Positions 45,659-56,298 of a stretch of 64,000 bases of DNA are shown one piece after another. Both the position numbers and the translations under genes were made by a program. Position 1 is the stretch's first letter, and each line of letters opens with the position of its first letter. The stretch spans positions 634-64,633 of the forward strand of contig JAFSWF010000028.1 in assembly GCA_017444615.1 (NCBI GenBank). Direction: 5' to 3'. Below the pieces are notes generated by a model. It had not been told where the DNA came from. It did not search any database and saw only the letters and a program-made list of their open reading frames with translations. The stretch comes from Paludibacteraceae bacterium (GTDB taxonomy: Bacteria > Bacteroidota > Bacteroidia > Bacteroidales > Paludibacteraceae).

Positions 45659-46659
45659 TTCTCTTTGGCTGCTTGTTTAAATTTGACTACTGCACGTCGC
45701 CATAATGCGGCATCGATGGCGGGGTAGCCCATGTACATGCCGGGTTTGCGAATAGAGTTAGGAATACCTGTCTGTGCCCCGAAAATACAGTTATCCGCAA
45801 TCTCGATATGACCTGCTACGCCTACTTGTCCCGCTAAGATACAATGTTTGCCGATTTTCGTACTACCGGCGATGCCTACTTGTGCGCAGAGGAACGTGGA
45901 CTCGCCTACCTCCACATTATGCGCCACTTGCACTAAGTTGTCCAGCTTCGCATTCCGACGAATGATAGTGCTACCCATCATAGCTCGGTCAATCGTGGTG
46001 TTGGCACCGATTTCTACATCATCTTCGATGATCACATTGCCTATCTGCGGTATTTTTTGGTTCACGCCTTGCGCATCGGGTTCAAAGCCAAAGCCGTCTG
46101 CCCCTACTACCACGCCGGCATGCAGGATACAATGGGCTCCGATTACGCAATGGGCATAGACCTTCACTCCAGCATAGAGAATCGTATTATCGCCGATGGT
46201 CACATTCTCTCCTATATAGACGTTGGGATAAATCTGCACGCCTTTGCCTAAACGCACGTTCTTGCCTATATAGGCAAACGCACCAATATAAGCATCCTCC
46301 GGAATGGTCACTCCTTCGGAGATGAAAGAGGGTTGTTCGATGCCTTGCTTTTTAGGGTTCATCGCTTTGGCAACGAGGCTCAGTAACTGTCCCATTGCTC
46401 CGCGGGCATTCTCCACAAGAATAATGGCTAATTGACAATTGATAATTGACAGTTGTTCTTCGCTGATTAGTGAGCGAGTCATGAGAACAACCCCTGCATG
46501 CGTTGTTTTGAGATACGGAAGATATTTGTCCTCTGTAATGAACGAAAGATGGTGAGTCTGTGCGGACTCAATGGGGGCAACGTCAGACACTTTTGCCTGC
46601 GTATTACCGTGAAGTTCTCCTCCTAATAAAGCAGCTATTTGTTGTGCACTAAATTCCAT
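45655..46659 (-). CDS. lpxD: UDP-3-O-(3-hydroxymyristoyl)glucosamine N-acyltransferase
   Basis: N-terminal uridine-binding domain plus hexapeptide repeats. In-frame [10 protein letters not shown] array insertion. Confidence 0.9.
   Translation of the reverse strand: MEFSAQQIAALLGGELHGNTQAKVSDVAPIESAQTHHLSFITEDKYLPYLKTTHAGVVLMTRSLISEEQLSIINCQLAIILVENARGAMGQLLSLVAKAMNPKKQGIEQPSFISEGVTIPEDAYIGAFAYIGKNVRLGKGVQIYPNVYIGENVTIGDNTILYAGVKVYAHCVIGAHCILHAGVVVGADGFGFEPDAQGVNQKIPQIGNVIIEDDVEIGANTTIDRAMMGSTIIRRNAKLDNLVQVAHNVEVGESTFLCAQVGIAGSTKIGKHCILAGQVGVAGHIEIADNCIFGAQTGIPNSIRKPGMYMGYPAIDAALWRRAVVKFKQAAKEK
46423..46457. repeat. AATTGAY-family array, in frame in lpxD
   Basis: AATGGCT AATTGAC AATTGAT AATTGAC AGTTGTT. 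Minus strand encodes [13 protein letters not shown]. Confidence 0.85.
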
Positions 46660-47878
46660 CTCTATACTTAAATAAATATCGTTTAATCGGTTTGCGGGTC
46701 AGTGACTCCAGATCCAAGATCTCACTTGCTTCCGCGATGTCACGCACCGTTCCATCCGAGTACAAAATGCCGATGGAATCGGCCTTTTCGCTATACGTGT
46801 TGCTGGTAGATATATGTTCTGTCCAGCAATAAGTGGCATCAGTTTGTGAGATTCCGAGAGTCTTAGCAAAATGCGCATTGAGTGCGTTTTTCTCTTCGTC
46901 TGTTAGGGGTGCATCCACTAATTCTCCGCGGAATAACTGACGATTGATGAAAGCAGTACTCAGTGCACGTAGCACTTGGTCATCACTACTCATCCATGCT
47001 TTGATGGCGGATAGCACATCGGTATCATCCAAAATAGCGTACTGGTCAAGCGCCGCACTATGCGGGGCAAACATATCTGCCGTTACCGGTTGATACAAGA
47101 AATAGCGCAAAGCCGGAGAGCAGAAAAGTTGACCATTATGACGCGCAATCTCTTTTGCGCGCGTGAGTATTTTAATAAGGTGTTGCTCCGCAGCCACCGA
47201 AGTCTTATGCAAGTAAACCTGCCAATACATTAACCGACGTGCCACCAAAAATTTTTCTACGGAGTAGATTCCTTTCACTTGTACCACTAATCGGTCGTCG
47301 CGCACATCGAGCATCTTAATGAGTCGCTCGCTCGCCACACGTCCCTCCTGCACGCCCGTAAAGAACGAATCTCTACAGAGATAATCCATCCGGTCTACAT
47401 CCAATTGACTGGAGATCAGTTGATGCAAGAAATGTTTGGGATACTCATTCTTGAAGATAGCAATTGCTTGCGTTAGTTGACCATTCAAGTCTTCGTTAAT
47501 GCGCTCCATCATCATCAGCGAGATCTCTTCATGCGTGATACCATCCACTAAGGTGTGCTCCAATACATGCGAGAAGGGTCCATGACCAATATCGTGCAAT
47601 AAGATAGCTATCATAGCCGATGTCGCTTCCTCTTCTGATATGTCGATGCCTTTGAGTCGCAGGGTATGTATGGCTTCGCTCATTAGATGCATGGCGCCCA
47701 ACGAGTGACCAAACCGGCTATGTTGAGCACCCGGGTACACCAAATAGGACAGTCCCAACTGACGAATACGACTCAATCTCTGCACATAGGGATGTTGCAA
47801 CACATCGTAGATCAAGTCATTGGGAATGGACAAGAATCCAAAGACCGGGTCGTTAATTATTTTGCGTTTGTTTACCAT
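46649..47878 (-). CDS. HD domain phosphohydrolase (dGTPase-like)
   Basis: [34 protein letters not shown]. Start ATG 47878 (track 47947 would overlap cysS). Confidence 0.8.
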   Translation of the reverse strand: MVNKRKIINDPVFGFLSIPNDLIYDVLQHPYVQRLSRIRQLGLSYLVYPGAQHSRFGHSLGAMHLMSEAIHTLRLKGIDISEEEATSAMIAILLHDIGHGPFSHVLEHTLVDGITHEEISLMMMERINEDLNGQLTQAIAIFKNEYPKHFLHQLISSQLDVDRMDYLCRDSFFTGVQEGRVASERLIKMLDVRDDRLVVQVKGIYSVEKFLVARRLMYWQVYLHKTSVAAEQHLIKILTRAKEIARHNGQLFCSPALRYFLYQPVTADMFAPHSAALDQYAILDDTDVLSAIKAWMSSDDQVLRALSTAFINRQLFRGELVDAPLTDEEKNALNAHFAKTLGISQTDATYCWTEHISTSNTYSEKADSIGILYSDGTVRDIAEASEILDLESLTRKPIKRYLFKYRDGI

Positions 47879-47882
47879 GTTA

Positions 47883-49373
47883 TCACAAGCTCCACTCAAA
47901 TCCGTCTTTTGTATCTTTAATCTGGAACCCAAGCGCAGAGAGACCATTACGAATGGTGTCGGAGGTAGTCCAGTCTTTGTTCTTTTTTGCTTCTAATCGA
48001 ATACCTAAAAGCAGGTCAATAGCGCCGTGGAAAGCTTTAAGCCTACCTCCGTCTCCTCCCTGAAGGGAAGAGCCATCTTCGAGTCGGAGACCGAGGATGT
48101 CGATGGCGTAGGTTTTCCAGATGTCACGCAGTTCGTTGAGGTCGGCCTCGCTGATGGTTCCTTTGCCGTCCCAAACGGTATTGATGGCGCGCACGGAATC
48201 GAAGAGAGCGGCGATGACGAAGGGCGTATTGAGGTCGTCGTCCATGGCTTCTTGGCAACGGGTGCGCAACACCTCACCCAAGCCCTCTCCTAAGGAGAGG
48301 GATGTTTCCGCAGAAGGCTTGATTTTCAGCAGTCGGGCGTAAGCTTCTTGGAGGCGTTGGAGACCTTTCTCTGCGGCTTCGAGGGCTTCGGAGGAGAAAT
48401 CCACCGTGGAGCGATAGTGCGCTTGGAGGATGAAGAGGCGGATGACCATCGGCGAGAAGGGTTTGGAGAGCAGCGGATGTTCGCCCGAGAAGAACTGCTC
48501 GAGGGTGATGAAGTTGTTGTACGACTTGCCCATCTTCTTACCCGCGATGGTGATCATGTTATTGTGCATCCAGTAATGCACGGATTCCTTACCAAGGGCA
48601 GCACAGGATTGTGCAATCTCCGCTTCGTGGTGAGGGAAGATGAGATCCAATCCGCCGCCGTGGATATCGAACTGCTCGCCGAGGTATTTTGTGCCCATGG
48701 TGGAGCACTCCATATGCCAACCAGGGAAACCTTCTGACCAAGGGGATGGCCAATGCATGATATGCTCAGGAGAGGCTTTCTTCCAAAGGGCGAAATCGTA
48801 ACTGTGTTTCTTCTCGTTTTGTCCGTCTAATTCGCGGGTTTCTGCAATGATGTCATGCAGATTACGTCCGCTGAGTTTGCCATAGGGATAGTCTTTGGCA
48901 TATTTCTCGACATCCATATAAACGGAGCCATTAGAAACATAGGCATAGCCGCGGTCGAGGATCTTCTGAACGAAGGCTATCTGCTCGATGATATGTCCCG
49001 AAGCGTGGGGTTCGATGGAAGGGGGCAACACATTGAGGGCAGCCATGTCGCGGTGGTAACGGTTGGTGTAGTACTGTACTACCTCCATGGGCTCAAGTTG
49101 CTCAAGGCGCGCTTTCTTGGCTATCTTATCTTCGCCTTCATCGGCATCGTGCTCGAGATGACCAACATCAGTGATGTTACGCACGTAACGCACTTTGTAT
49201 CCGAGGTGCAACAAATAGCGATAGAGCACATCGAAGGTGATCGCCGGTCGTGCGTGTCCCAGGTGAGCGTCACCATAAACAGTAGGGCCGCAGACATACA
49301 TGCCTACGTGACCTTCGTGGAGGGGTTTGAATGTCTCTTTGTAGCGAGACAAGGAGTTATAGATTTCTAACAT
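47883..49373 (-). CDS. cysS: cysteine--tRNA ligase
   Basis: [16 protein letters not shown] (HIGH) and KMGKS. Two hairpin element inserts (SLSLGEGLG and SLQGGDGGR). Confidence 0.95.
   Translation of the reverse strand: MLEIYNSLSRYKETFKPLHEGHVGMYVCGPTVYGDAHLGHARPAITFDVLYRYLLHLGYKVRYVRNITDVGHLEHDADEGEDKIAKKARLEQLEPMEVVQYYTNRYHRDMAALNVLPPSIEPHASGHIIEQIAFVQKILDRGYAYVSNGSVYMDVEKYAKDYPYGKLSGRNLHDIIAETRELDGQNEKKHSYDFALWKKASPEHIMHWPSPWSEGFPGWHMECSTMGTKYLGEQFDIHGGGLDLIFPHHEAEIAQSCAALGKESVHYWMHNNMITIAGKKMGKSYNNFITLEQFFSGEHPLLSKPFSPMVIRLFILQAHYRSTVDFSSEALEAAEKGLQRLQEAYARLLKIKPSAETSLSLGEGLGEVLRTRCQEAMDDDLNTPFVIAALFDSVRAINTVWDGKGTISEADLNELRDIWKTYAIDILGLRLEDGSSLQGGDGGRLKAFHGAIDLLLGIRLEAKKNKDWTTSDTIRNGLSALGFQIKDTKDGFEWSL
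48041..48074. repeat. GC-rich hairpin mini-element, in frame in cysS (copy 1)
   Basis: GCCTACCTCCGTCTCCTCCCTGAAGGGAAGAGCC. Read as SLQGGDGGR, the same peptide as at 42009-42042. Confidence 0.8.
48270..48303. repeat. GC-rich hairpin mini-element, in frame in cysS (copy 2)
   Basis: CACCTCACCCAAGCCCTCTCCTAAGGAGAGGGATG. Perfect 8-bp stem CCCTCTCC/GGAGAGGG. Read as SLSLGEGLG. Confidence 0.8.
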
Positions 49374-49385
49374 ATTCGATAAGTA

Positions 49386-49413
49386 ATCAGCCTTCAGCCA
49401 TCAGCTTTCAGAC
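49386..49413. repeat. 7-nt-period array (ATCAGCC TTCAGCC ATCAGCT TTCAGAC) in cysS leader
   Basis: Between the cysS promoter and its ATG. Confidence 0.85.
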
Positions 49414-49424
49414 CTTTGCGGGTG

Positions 49425-49456
49425 CAAAGGTACTATTTTTTTTTGACATGTGCAAG
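49425..49456 (-). promoter_or_regulatory. Bacteroidota sigma-A promoter for cysS
   Basis: Minus strand: CTTG (49453-49456), N20, TACCTTTG (49425-49432). Confidence 0.6.
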
Positions 49457-49488
49457 AAAATTTTCAATAATCATTCCATAGAATCAGA

Positions 49489-49513
49489 AAAAAGCGCTTT
49501 TTGGACGCTTTTT
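49489..49513 (-). terminator. hairpin terminator after the 49541-49945 gene
   Basis: AAAAAGCG-loop-CGCTTTTT, near-identical to 10007-10034. Confidence 0.5.
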
Positions 49514-49540
49514 CTTCATTAACAATTCCATTCAGCTCAT

Positions 49541-49945
49541 CTACCGAGCAGAAGCAGATCGCCGTTCGCGAACGATGAGAAGTGCTTCTTCGCGGATATC
49601 GGGCGGAAGCGTTATGTTCCGTAACTGTAAACTGCGACACCAACCGGGCACATCGCTCTCTTGCAACGAATGAAAGACTTCCCGAACGGCCTCTTCTTGG
49701 TCCGGAGTAAAATCTTCCGGTGCCACTCCTGCTAAGGCATCCAATTCCTCATCGTCGTAATAGACCACCTCTGCATTTGTTTGCAAAAGCGTTTCCCTTT
49801 CGCATACCAAATGCTCACCGCAACACCCTTCCGGACGGCTATCTGTTGGGGTCGTTTGAGGGTGTTTGGCTCGTTGACGCTCTCGTATCTCAAAGAGCAC
49901 AACAATAACAATCGCCAATACTATGAATAAGATCAGAGGTAGCAT
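49541..49945 (-). CDS. membrane-anchored hypothetical protein
   Basis: 134 aa. N-terminal TM helix, CCGEHLVCE cysteine cluster, acidic middle. Confidence 0.5.
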   Translation of the reverse strand: MLPLILFIVLAIVIVVLFEIRERQRAKHPQTTPTDSRPEGCCGEHLVCERETLLQTNAEVVYYDDEELDALAGVAPEDFTPDQEEAVREVFHSLQESDVPGWCRSLQLRNITLPPDIREEALLIVRERRSASAR

Positions 49946-49957
49946 TAACTTTCAGCT

Positions 49958-51877
49958 TTATGACTCTTCAAAATCATCTACGGCATCTTCTTCGATGACG
50001 AGGTTGTCAATGATGAAGTTCTGACGCTCGTTGGTGTTTTTGCCCATGTAGAACGCGAGAAGCTCGTTCACACTGTCTTCTTTACGCAGTTTGACTTGAT
50101 CCAAACGAATCTCTTTGCCTATAAAACCCTTGAATTCATCGGGAGAAATCTCACCGAGTCCTTTGAATCGTGTGATCTCCGGTGTTTTGATTTTGGCGAT
50201 GGCTTTTTGCCGTTCTTCCTCCGAATAACAATAGACCGTTTGGTTCTTGTCCTTGACACGGAAAAGCGGTGTTTGGAGGATGTAGACATGTCCCTTTTTG
50301 ACGAGATCGGGGAAGAACTGCAGGAAGAAAGTGAGCATCAACAGGCGGATGTGCATACCGTCCACATCGGCATCGGTGGCGATGATGACTTTATTATAGC
50401 GTAGTTCATCGAGTCCGTCTTCTATATTGAGGGCAGACTGCAGACAGTTAAACTCTTCATTCTCATAGACGACAGATTTGCTTAAGCCATAACTGTTGAG
50501 TGGTTTGCCTCGGAGAGAGAAGACAGCTTGCGTACGCACGTCACGGCTCTTGGTGATGGAGCCGGAGGCGGAAAGACCCTCGGTGATAAAGATACAACTC
50601 TCCAAACGCAGGTCATCATCGGCATCTTTAGCGGATTTGACGGGTTTGGGGTCGTTGAGGTGAATTTGGCAATCACGCAGTTTGGGATTATTGACCAAGT
50701 TCTTTTTTGCCCGTTCGCGCGCGGCTTTGGTTACACCCGCTATCGCCTTACGCTCTTTCTCGGAGTCTTGGATCTTCTGCAACATAATCTCCACCGTCTG
50801 CGGGTTCTTATGGAGGTAATTATCCAAGTGCTGCTTAACGAAATCATTGACGAATTTATTAACGCTAATACCGCCGGTAGGGCTCATATCTCGCGAACCC
50901 AGTTTCACTTTCGTTTGGCTTTCAAAGACAGGTTCTTCCACATTGATAGCGATGGCGCCTACGACACCATTTCGGATGTCAGCGAGTTCTTGGTTTTTAT
51001 TGAAGAACTCCTTGATGGTTCGACCGATCGCTTCGCGATAAGCGGCCTGGTGTGTTCCTCCTTGGATGGTGTGTTGACCATTGACGAAGGAGAAATACTC
51101 ATCGCTATTTTGGTCGGTGTGCGTGAGCGCTATCTCGATATCCTCTCCTTTGAGATGGATGATGGGATAGAGCGGTTCTACCGTCATGTTTTCGTTTAAC
51201 AGGTCTAACAGGCCGTTCTTGGAAACGAATTTCTTGCCGTTATAAGAGAGTGTCAAACCTGTGTTGAGGTACGCATAGTTACGAAGTAATTCTTCGATAT
51301 AATCATCGCGGAAATGGTAGTTCTCAAAAAGACCTTTGCAGTCATCGGGTACGAACTCGATGATGGTTCCTCGTTTTTCGCTGCCTGTATAATCGATGAT
51401 ACCGGTATCGGCTGTCAGTTTGCCTTGACTGAACTCCGCCTTGCGGGTCTTGCCTTCCCTGAATGACTGCACGGAGAAATAACTAGAGAGGGCATTGACA
51501 GCTTTGGTACCTACGCCGTTCAAACCGACGGATTTCTTAAAGGCTTTGCTATCGTATTTACCGCCGGTATTGAGGACGCTTACGACTTCAATCAGTTTGC
51601 CCAAGGGGATACCACGACCGTAATCGCGCACGCGTACTCGACCTTCGGTTACTTCCACTTCAATCACTTTTCCTTCGCCCATGCGGAACTCATCGATGGA
51701 GTTATCGATACTCTCTTTGATGAGCACGTAGATACCGTCATCGCTATGCGAGCCATCGCCTAATTTACCGATGTACATACCCGGGCGGCGACGGATATGC
51801 TCCATGTCGTCGAGGTGGATGATGTGTTCGTCTCCGTAGTCCACAGGGGTGTTTTTTATCTCTAATTCTTCTGCCAT
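49958..51877 (-). CDS. parE: type IIA topoisomerase subunit B (topoisomerase IV ParE-like)
   Basis: GHKL ATPase ([25 protein letters not shown]) and TOPRIM ([21 protein letters not shown]). The N-terminal pattern looks more ParE-like than GyrB-like, from memory. Confidence 0.8.
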   Translation of the reverse strand: MAEELEIKNTPVDYGDEHIIHLDDMEHIRRRPGMYIGKLGDGSHSDDGIYVLIKESIDNSIDEFRMGEGKVIEVEVTEGRVRVRDYGRGIPLGKLIEVVSVLNTGGKYDSKAFKKSVGLNGVGTKAVNALSSYFSVQSFREGKTRKAEFSQGKLTADTGIIDYTGSEKRGTIIEFVPDDCKGLFENYHFRDDYIEELLRNYAYLNTGLTLSYNGKKFVSKNGLLDLLNENMTVEPLYPIIHLKGEDIEIALTHTDQNSDEYFSFVNGQHTIQGGTHQAAYREAIGRTIKEFFNKNQELADIRNGVVGAIAINVEEPVFESQTKVKLGSRDMSPTGGISVNKFVNDFVKQHLDNYLHKNPQTVEIMLQKIQDSEKERKAIAGVTKAARERAKKNLVNNPKLRDCQIHLNDPKPVKSAKDADDDLRLESCIFITEGLSASGSITKSRDVRTQAVFSLRGKPLNSYGLSKSVVYENEEFNCLQSALNIEDGLDELRYNKVIIATDADVDGMHIRLLMLTFFLQFFPDLVKKGHVYILQTPLFRVKDKNQTVYCYSEEERQKAIAKIKTPEITRFKGLGEISPDEFKGFIGKEIRLDQVKLRKEDSVNELLAFYMGKNTNERQNFIIDNLVIEEDAVDDFEES

Positions 51878-51905
51878 AATTTCGTCACTTTCTCAAAAAC
51901 GGGTG

Positions 51906-51937
51906 CAAAATTACAAAATAATTTTTACATATGCAAA
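51906..51937 (-). promoter_or_regulatory. Bacteroidota sigma-A promoter for parE
   Basis: Minus strand: TTTG (51934-51937), N20, TAATTTTG (51906-51913). Confidence 0.65.
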
Positions 51938-51947
51938 TTTTTTTGGT

Positions 51948-53408
51948 TTAGATTAGTCCTTTTTCTTTGGCTAACTGCATCAAATAGGCTTTTGCGGGTT
52001 CGTATTCATTAGGAATGACGCCATCTAATATTGCATCTTTGATAGCGGCTTTGAGTTCGCCTACGGTTGAACAGGGCTCTAAGTGTAGTATTTCCATGAT
52101 TTCATCGCCTTTGACGGGTGGTTGGAAATTCCGAATTCGGTCGCGTTCTTCGAGTTCCACCATCTTCTGCCGAACGAGCTGATAGTTCCGATGGAATCGG
52201 GCTTTTTTGTCCTCATTGCGGCTTGTGATGTCGGCATCGCAGAGAAGCATCAGGTCGTCTATATCATCTCCCGCTTCAAAGAGGAGTCGCCTCACGGCGG
52301 AGTCAGTAACGGTGTCTTCGATGAGGTTAATGGGGCGCATATGCAGGTCTACCATCTTCCGCACGTATTCCATTTTTTCGTTTAGGGGTAGTTTCATTTT
52401 GGCGAAGATTTTCGGTATCATCTTCGCGCCGATGTAGTTATGATTGCGGAAAGTCCACCCCGCTTGCGGGTCCCAGGCTTTGCTTTTAGGTTTGCCGATA
52501 TCGTGTAAAAGCGCCGCCCAGCGAAGCCAGAGACAGCTGTTGGCTGTTGGCTGTTGGCCATTGGCTCGTTGTAATTCTGCCACATTATCGAGAACTTGGA
52601 GGGTGTGATAGAAGACATCTTTATGTCCGCGACCTTCTTTCACTTCCACTCCTTTGAGTGCTGATAATTCCGGGAAGATAAGGGGTAAAAGTCCGGTTTT
52701 ATCGAGCAGGATCCATCCTTCTGAAGGCCGACGGGAGAGCATGATTTTATTCAGTTCATCGGCGATACGTTCACGGGTGATAATATGGATGCGTTCTTTA
52801 TTGCGGGCGATGGCATCGAAGGTCTCGGGGTGGAGGTTGAAGCCTAATTGGGTAGCAAAACGGACCGCTCTCATCATTCGGAGCGGATCATCGGAGAAAG
52901 TGATGTCCGGATCGAGCGGTGTGCGGATGATACAACGGTCTAAATCGCCGATTCCATCGAATAAATCCACTAATTCGCCATAGCGGTTTTTATTGAGACA
53001 AAGGGCTAAGGCGTTGATGGTAAAATCTCGTCGGCTGAGATCTTCTTCGAGTGTGCCGTTTTCTACAATAGGATTGCGACTATCGTGTTGATAACTTTCC
53101 TTGCGTGCTCCGACAAATTCTAACTCAAGGTCACCTCGCTTGACTTGCGCGGTGCCGTAGGTCTTGAAGACGGACAGATGAGCTTTGCGGCCAAGGCGTT
53201 TAGCCATTGCTTCAGCAAGGCTTATACCAGAACCGACGACTACAACGTCTATGTCGGTAGAAGGGCGATGGAGAATTAGGTCGCGTACCCAGCCGCCAAC
53301 TACGTAACATTCGAGGCCTAACTGATCCGCCTCTTTGCCTACCATGGCTAAGGTTGGCTGTTGATCATTAGCCATGAACCACGGGTGTATAATCGCATTC
53401 CAATCCAT
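51948..53408 (-). CDS. cca: CCA-adding tRNA nucleotidyltransferase with HD domain
   Basis: GGWVRDLIL, DIDVVV, LLHDIGKP. In-frame ANGQQPTANS array insertion. Consistent with the tRNA genes here lacking an encoded CCA. Confidence 0.8.
   Translation of the reverse strand: MDWNAIIHPWFMANDQQPTLAMVGKEADQLGLECYVVGGWVRDLILHRPSTDIDVVVVGSGISLAEAMAKRLGRKAHLSVFKTYGTAQVKRGDLELEFVGARKESYQHDSRNPIVENGTLEEDLSRRDFTINALALCLNKNRYGELVDLFDGIGDLDRCIIRTPLDPDITFSDDPLRMMRAVRFATQLGFNLHPETFDAIARNKERIHIITRERIADELNKIMLSRRPSEGWILLDKTGLLPLIFPELSALKGVEVKEGRGHKDVFYHTLQVLDNVAELQRANGQQPTANSCLWLRWAALLHDIGKPKSKAWDPQAGWTFRNHNYIGAKMIPKIFAKMKLPLNEKMEYVRKMVDLHMRPINLIEDTVTDSAVRRLLFEAGDDIDDLMLLCDADITSRNEDKKARFHRNYQLVRQKMVELEERDRIRNFQPPVKGDEIMEILHLEPCSTVGELKAAIKDAILDGVIPNEYEPAKAYLMQLAKEKGLI
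52537..52571. repeat. 7-nt-period array (CTGTTGG x3, CCATTGG, CTCGTTG), in frame in cca
   Basis: Minus strand encodes RANGQQPTANS. Confidence 0.85.
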
Positions 53409-53420
53409 AGTAAGTGCTGT

Positions 53421-54812
53421 TTAATCGGGTTCGGGAGGTGTAGTAGCCACCCACGTTTCTTGTTCATGAATGAGTCGATGAAATCGGGATATTTGTATCC
53501 ATAACATGATTGCCGCGGTGACGGCCGCCATCAGGTCGCTTATGGGAATAGACCACCATACGCCATCTAAGGGGTCATCAAAGAGCATCGGTATCGTCAG
53601 CAATAAGGGGATGAGGTATAGTACTTGTCGGGTTAGGCTCAAGAAGATTGACTTGCCTGCCATTCCGATGGAAGTGAAGAGGTTACCTGTTACCATTTGA
53701 AAACCGATGATGAGCATAGAGGAACATATGATACGCATTGGTTTGATGGTACTTTCGATGAGGAGCGTGTCGTGTGTAAATATGCGTGTGACCCATTCGG
53801 GGAAGGCTTCGCCTAAGATAAAAACGAGTCCCATCACTCCTGTGGCATAGAGGCTGGTTAGGTAGAACGAACGCAACATGCGGTGGTATTGTTTGGCGCC
53901 GTAGTTGAAGCCTGCGATGGGTTGCATGCCTTGGTTAAGACCCATCACTATCATTGCAAAAACGAAGGTCAGACGGTTGATGACGCCGTAGGATGCAATG
54001 GCAAAATCGCCTCCATAACGCTTGAGTTGGTTGTTGATGATGACTACCACGAAACAATGTGCTATATTATAGAGGAAAGGCGCCATTCCGATGGCTAAAG
54101 CACGATACGTGATACCTTTGTCAAGTACCCAAATTCCTCGATGAAATCGGACTAATTCGTCTTTATCCAAGAATTTGGTAATCTGCCAAACTACCGCCAC
54201 GGCTTGTGAGATGACGGTGGCTAAAGCCGCTCCGCGAACACCCATATCGAGGGCGAAGATGAAGATGGGGTCAAGGATTATATTGATGGTAACAGCGACG
54301 ATGGTTGCAGTCATGGAGAAACGAGGATGTCCCGCGGAGCGGAGCATGCTATTAAGACCAAAGTAAATATGGGTGAGGATGTTTCCGAAAAGGATGATCT
54401 CCATATATTCGTGCGCATAGACGATGGTATCTTCGCTGGCACCGAAAGCCATTAGAATAGGGTCTAACCAAATCAGTCCTACGGTCATTACGATTGCTGA
54501 AAGGATGATGTTAAGGACGATGACATTGCCAAGAACCTTATTGGCTTTGTCGTAATCCCGTTCGCCAAGGTAGATGGCCAGTAAGGAAGAGGCGCCAACG
54601 CCTACTAAGGAGCCGAAGGCTGCGCAGATGTCCATAAAGGGTTTGGCGACGGTAAGTGCGCCGAGCGCCAATGCGCCACATCCATGACCGATGTAGATGG
54701 AGTCAACTATGTTGTATAGCGAACTGGCCGTCATCGCAATGATGGCGGGGAGTGCATACTTAAAGAGCAGTTTATGCACCGGGGCAGTTCCTAATTCTGT
54801 AGTATTTGACAT
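53421..54812 (-). CDS. MATE family efflux transporter
   Basis: 12-TM profile. N-terminus LLFKYALPAIIAMTASSLYNIVDSIYIGHG is typical of MATE. Confidence 0.85.
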   Translation of the reverse strand: MSNTTELGTAPVHKLLFKYALPAIIAMTASSLYNIVDSIYIGHGCGALALGALTVAKPFMDICAAFGSLVGVGASSLLAIYLGERDYDKANKVLGNVIVLNIILSAIVMTVGLIWLDPILMAFGASEDTIVYAHEYMEIILFGNILTHIYFGLNSMLRSAGHPRFSMTATIVAVTINIILDPIFIFALDMGVRGAALATVISQAVAVVWQITKFLDKDELVRFHRGIWVLDKGITYRALAIGMAPFLYNIAHCFVVVIINNQLKRYGGDFAIASYGVINRLTFVFAMIVMGLNQGMQPIAGFNYGAKQYHRMLRSFYLTSLYATGVMGLVFILGEAFPEWVTRIFTHDTLLIESTIKPMRIICSSMLIIGFQMVTGNLFTSIGMAGKSIFLSLTRQVLYLIPLLLTIPMLFDDPLDGVWWSIPISDLMAAVTAAIMLWIQISRFHRLIHEQETWVATTPPEPD

Positions 54813-55837
54813 ATCTTTTCAAACGCTTCGGCGGCCGGATGACCTGTTTGCAAAGCGATGGGTGTTCCTTCGTCTCCGCCTTCGCGAATGGATTGTACGA
54901 GTGGTATTTGTCCCAATAGGGGGATGTTTAGTTCTTGGGCTAATTGTTTGCCGCCGTCGCGACCGAAAATATAGTATTTATTGTTGGGGAGTTCCGCCGG
55001 CGTGAACCATGCCATGTTCTCGATAAGACCGAGGATGGGTACGTTGATTTTTTCGTTTTGGAACATCTCCACTCCTTTTCGGGCATCTACTAAAGCGACC
55101 GGTTGAGGTGTAGTGACGACGATTACGCCCGTCAATTGTATCGATGAAATCAGGGTTAAATGGATGTCGCTGGTACCCGGAGGCAGGTCGATGAGGAAAT
55201 AATCCAATTCGCCCCAATGTACATCTTCGATAAGTTGTTTGATGGCGTTTGATGCCATGCCACCCCTCCAGATGATAGCCTGGGAAGGGTCCACAAAGAA
55301 ACCGATGGACAGCATTTTGACGCCATATTGTTCGATGGGTTCGATGAGTGTTCGTCCGTCTAAATCGACAGAATATGGCCTTGCGTCCTCGCAATGGAAC
55401 ATCTTCGGCATGGACGGTCCGTGAATGTCAGCATCGAGTAATCCGACGCGAAATCCTTTGTTGGCTAAGGAGACTGCTAAGTTAGCTGCCACGGTGGATT
55501 TGCCGACACCTCCTTTGCCGCTATGGATAGCGATGACGTGCTTTGCATGTATTGGTGATTGGTGATTGGTGGTTGGTGATTTGATATTCTCCTTAACGAA
55601 CTTGGGATGGATGTGCGCGGAGATATTAGGGTCTATGTAGGTTTGTAACGCCACTTCTGAGGCTTTAACGACCGATTTGAGGAAGGGGTCGTTCTCCTTT
55701 GGGAAGATGAGCGAGAAACTTACCTCAAAGCCAGATATGCGGATGTCATCTTCGAGCATTCCGCTTTCGATGAGATCTTTGCCGGTTCCGGGGTAACGTA
55801 CATGCCGTAGGGCGTCTATTACTTGTTGAGGGTACAT
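54791..55837 (-). CDS. Mrp/NBP35 family Fe-S cluster carrier ATPase
   Basis: IAIHSGKGGVGKST deviant Walker A and an N-terminal DUF59-like domain. In-frame SPTTNHQSPI array insertion. Start ATG 55837 (track 55969 rejected). Confidence 0.9.
   Translation of the reverse strand: MYPQQVIDALRHVRYPGTGKDLIESGMLEDDIRISGFEVSFSLIFPKENDPFLKSVVKASEVALQTYIDPNISAHIHPKFVKENIKSPTTNHQSPIHAKHVIAIHSGKGGVGKSTVAANLAVSLANKGFRVGLLDADIHGPSMPKMFHCEDARPYSVDLDGRTLIEPIEQYGVKMLSIGFFVDPSQAIIWRGGMASNAIKQLIEDVHWGELDYFLIDLPPGTSDIHLTLISSIQLTGVIVVTTPQPVALVDARKGVEMFQNEKINVPILGLIENMAWFTPAELPNNKYYIFGRDGGKQLAQELNIPLLGQIPLVQSIREGGDEGTPIALQTGHPAAEAFEKICQILQN
55551..55585. repeat. 7-nt-period array (ATTGGTG x3, GTTGGTG, ATTTGAT), in frame in mrp
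   Basis: Minus strand encodes KSPTTNHQSPI, just upstream of the P-loop. Confidence 0.85.
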
Positions 55838-55868
55838 GAAATAGGGGTGTGTTTTGATTTTGCGGCTG

Positions 55869-55900
55869 CAAAGGTACAAAAAAAATCGCACATATGCAAA
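55869..55900 (-). promoter_or_regulatory. Bacteroidota sigma-A promoter for mrp
   Basis: Minus strand: TTTG (55897-55900), N20, TACCTTTG (55869-55876). Confidence 0.7.
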
Positions 55901-55977
55901 TAAAAAATTTGCTACAAAAAGTATATATATACTATGTATATATATAGTAAGAATGACTTTTTTGCACAAAAAGGGCG

Positions 55978-56021
55978 GTTATCCTATGGGTATCCTATGG
56001 TTATCCTATGGGTATCCTATG
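55978..56021. repeat. 11-nt-period tandem array x4 (GKTATCCTATG)
   Basis: Four contiguous units, followed by an 11-nt-phased G-rich stretch (about 56058-56100) and the palindrome GGCAAAT-GGC-ATTTGCC. Confidence 0.9.
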
Positions 56022-56193
56022 GTAAGGGTTCGTGTCGGTCTCGACTTTTGTCGTGAAAGGGGGCGGAAATGGGCGGGTAAGGGGTGTGGCGAGGGCGGCA
56101 AATGGCATTTGCCTGAAATAGACATAGAAGAAAGGGATTAAATTCCGGAACAATGGAAAAAGATGCGTGTTTTGCAAAAAAAATGGCAAATTA

Positions 56194-56225
56194 TTTGCAT
56201 ATGTGCAAAATTTTTTGTACCTTTG
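56194..56225 (+). promoter_or_regulatory. Bacteroidota sigma-A promoter
   Basis: TTTG (56194-56197), N20, TACCTTTG (56218-56225); ATG at 56299. Confidence 0.7.
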
Positions 56226-56298
56226 CGCGTTTTTTGAGGAGGAGGTATGGGAAGCAAACTAAAACTTGAAAGAAAAACATATTATAACCGTATAAATT

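Noticed and set aside
55978-56021. TTATCCTATGG x4 as a DnaA-box cluster / oriC, supported by the nearby AT-only palindrome
   Set aside because: The units match TTATCCACA only in the first six positions (TAT instead of ACA). The only perfect TTATCCACA I saw (32412-32420) is inside bamA. No dnaA gene is nearby, and skew cannot be judged from 64 kb. The locus is kept as an iteron-like finding, not as an origin call.
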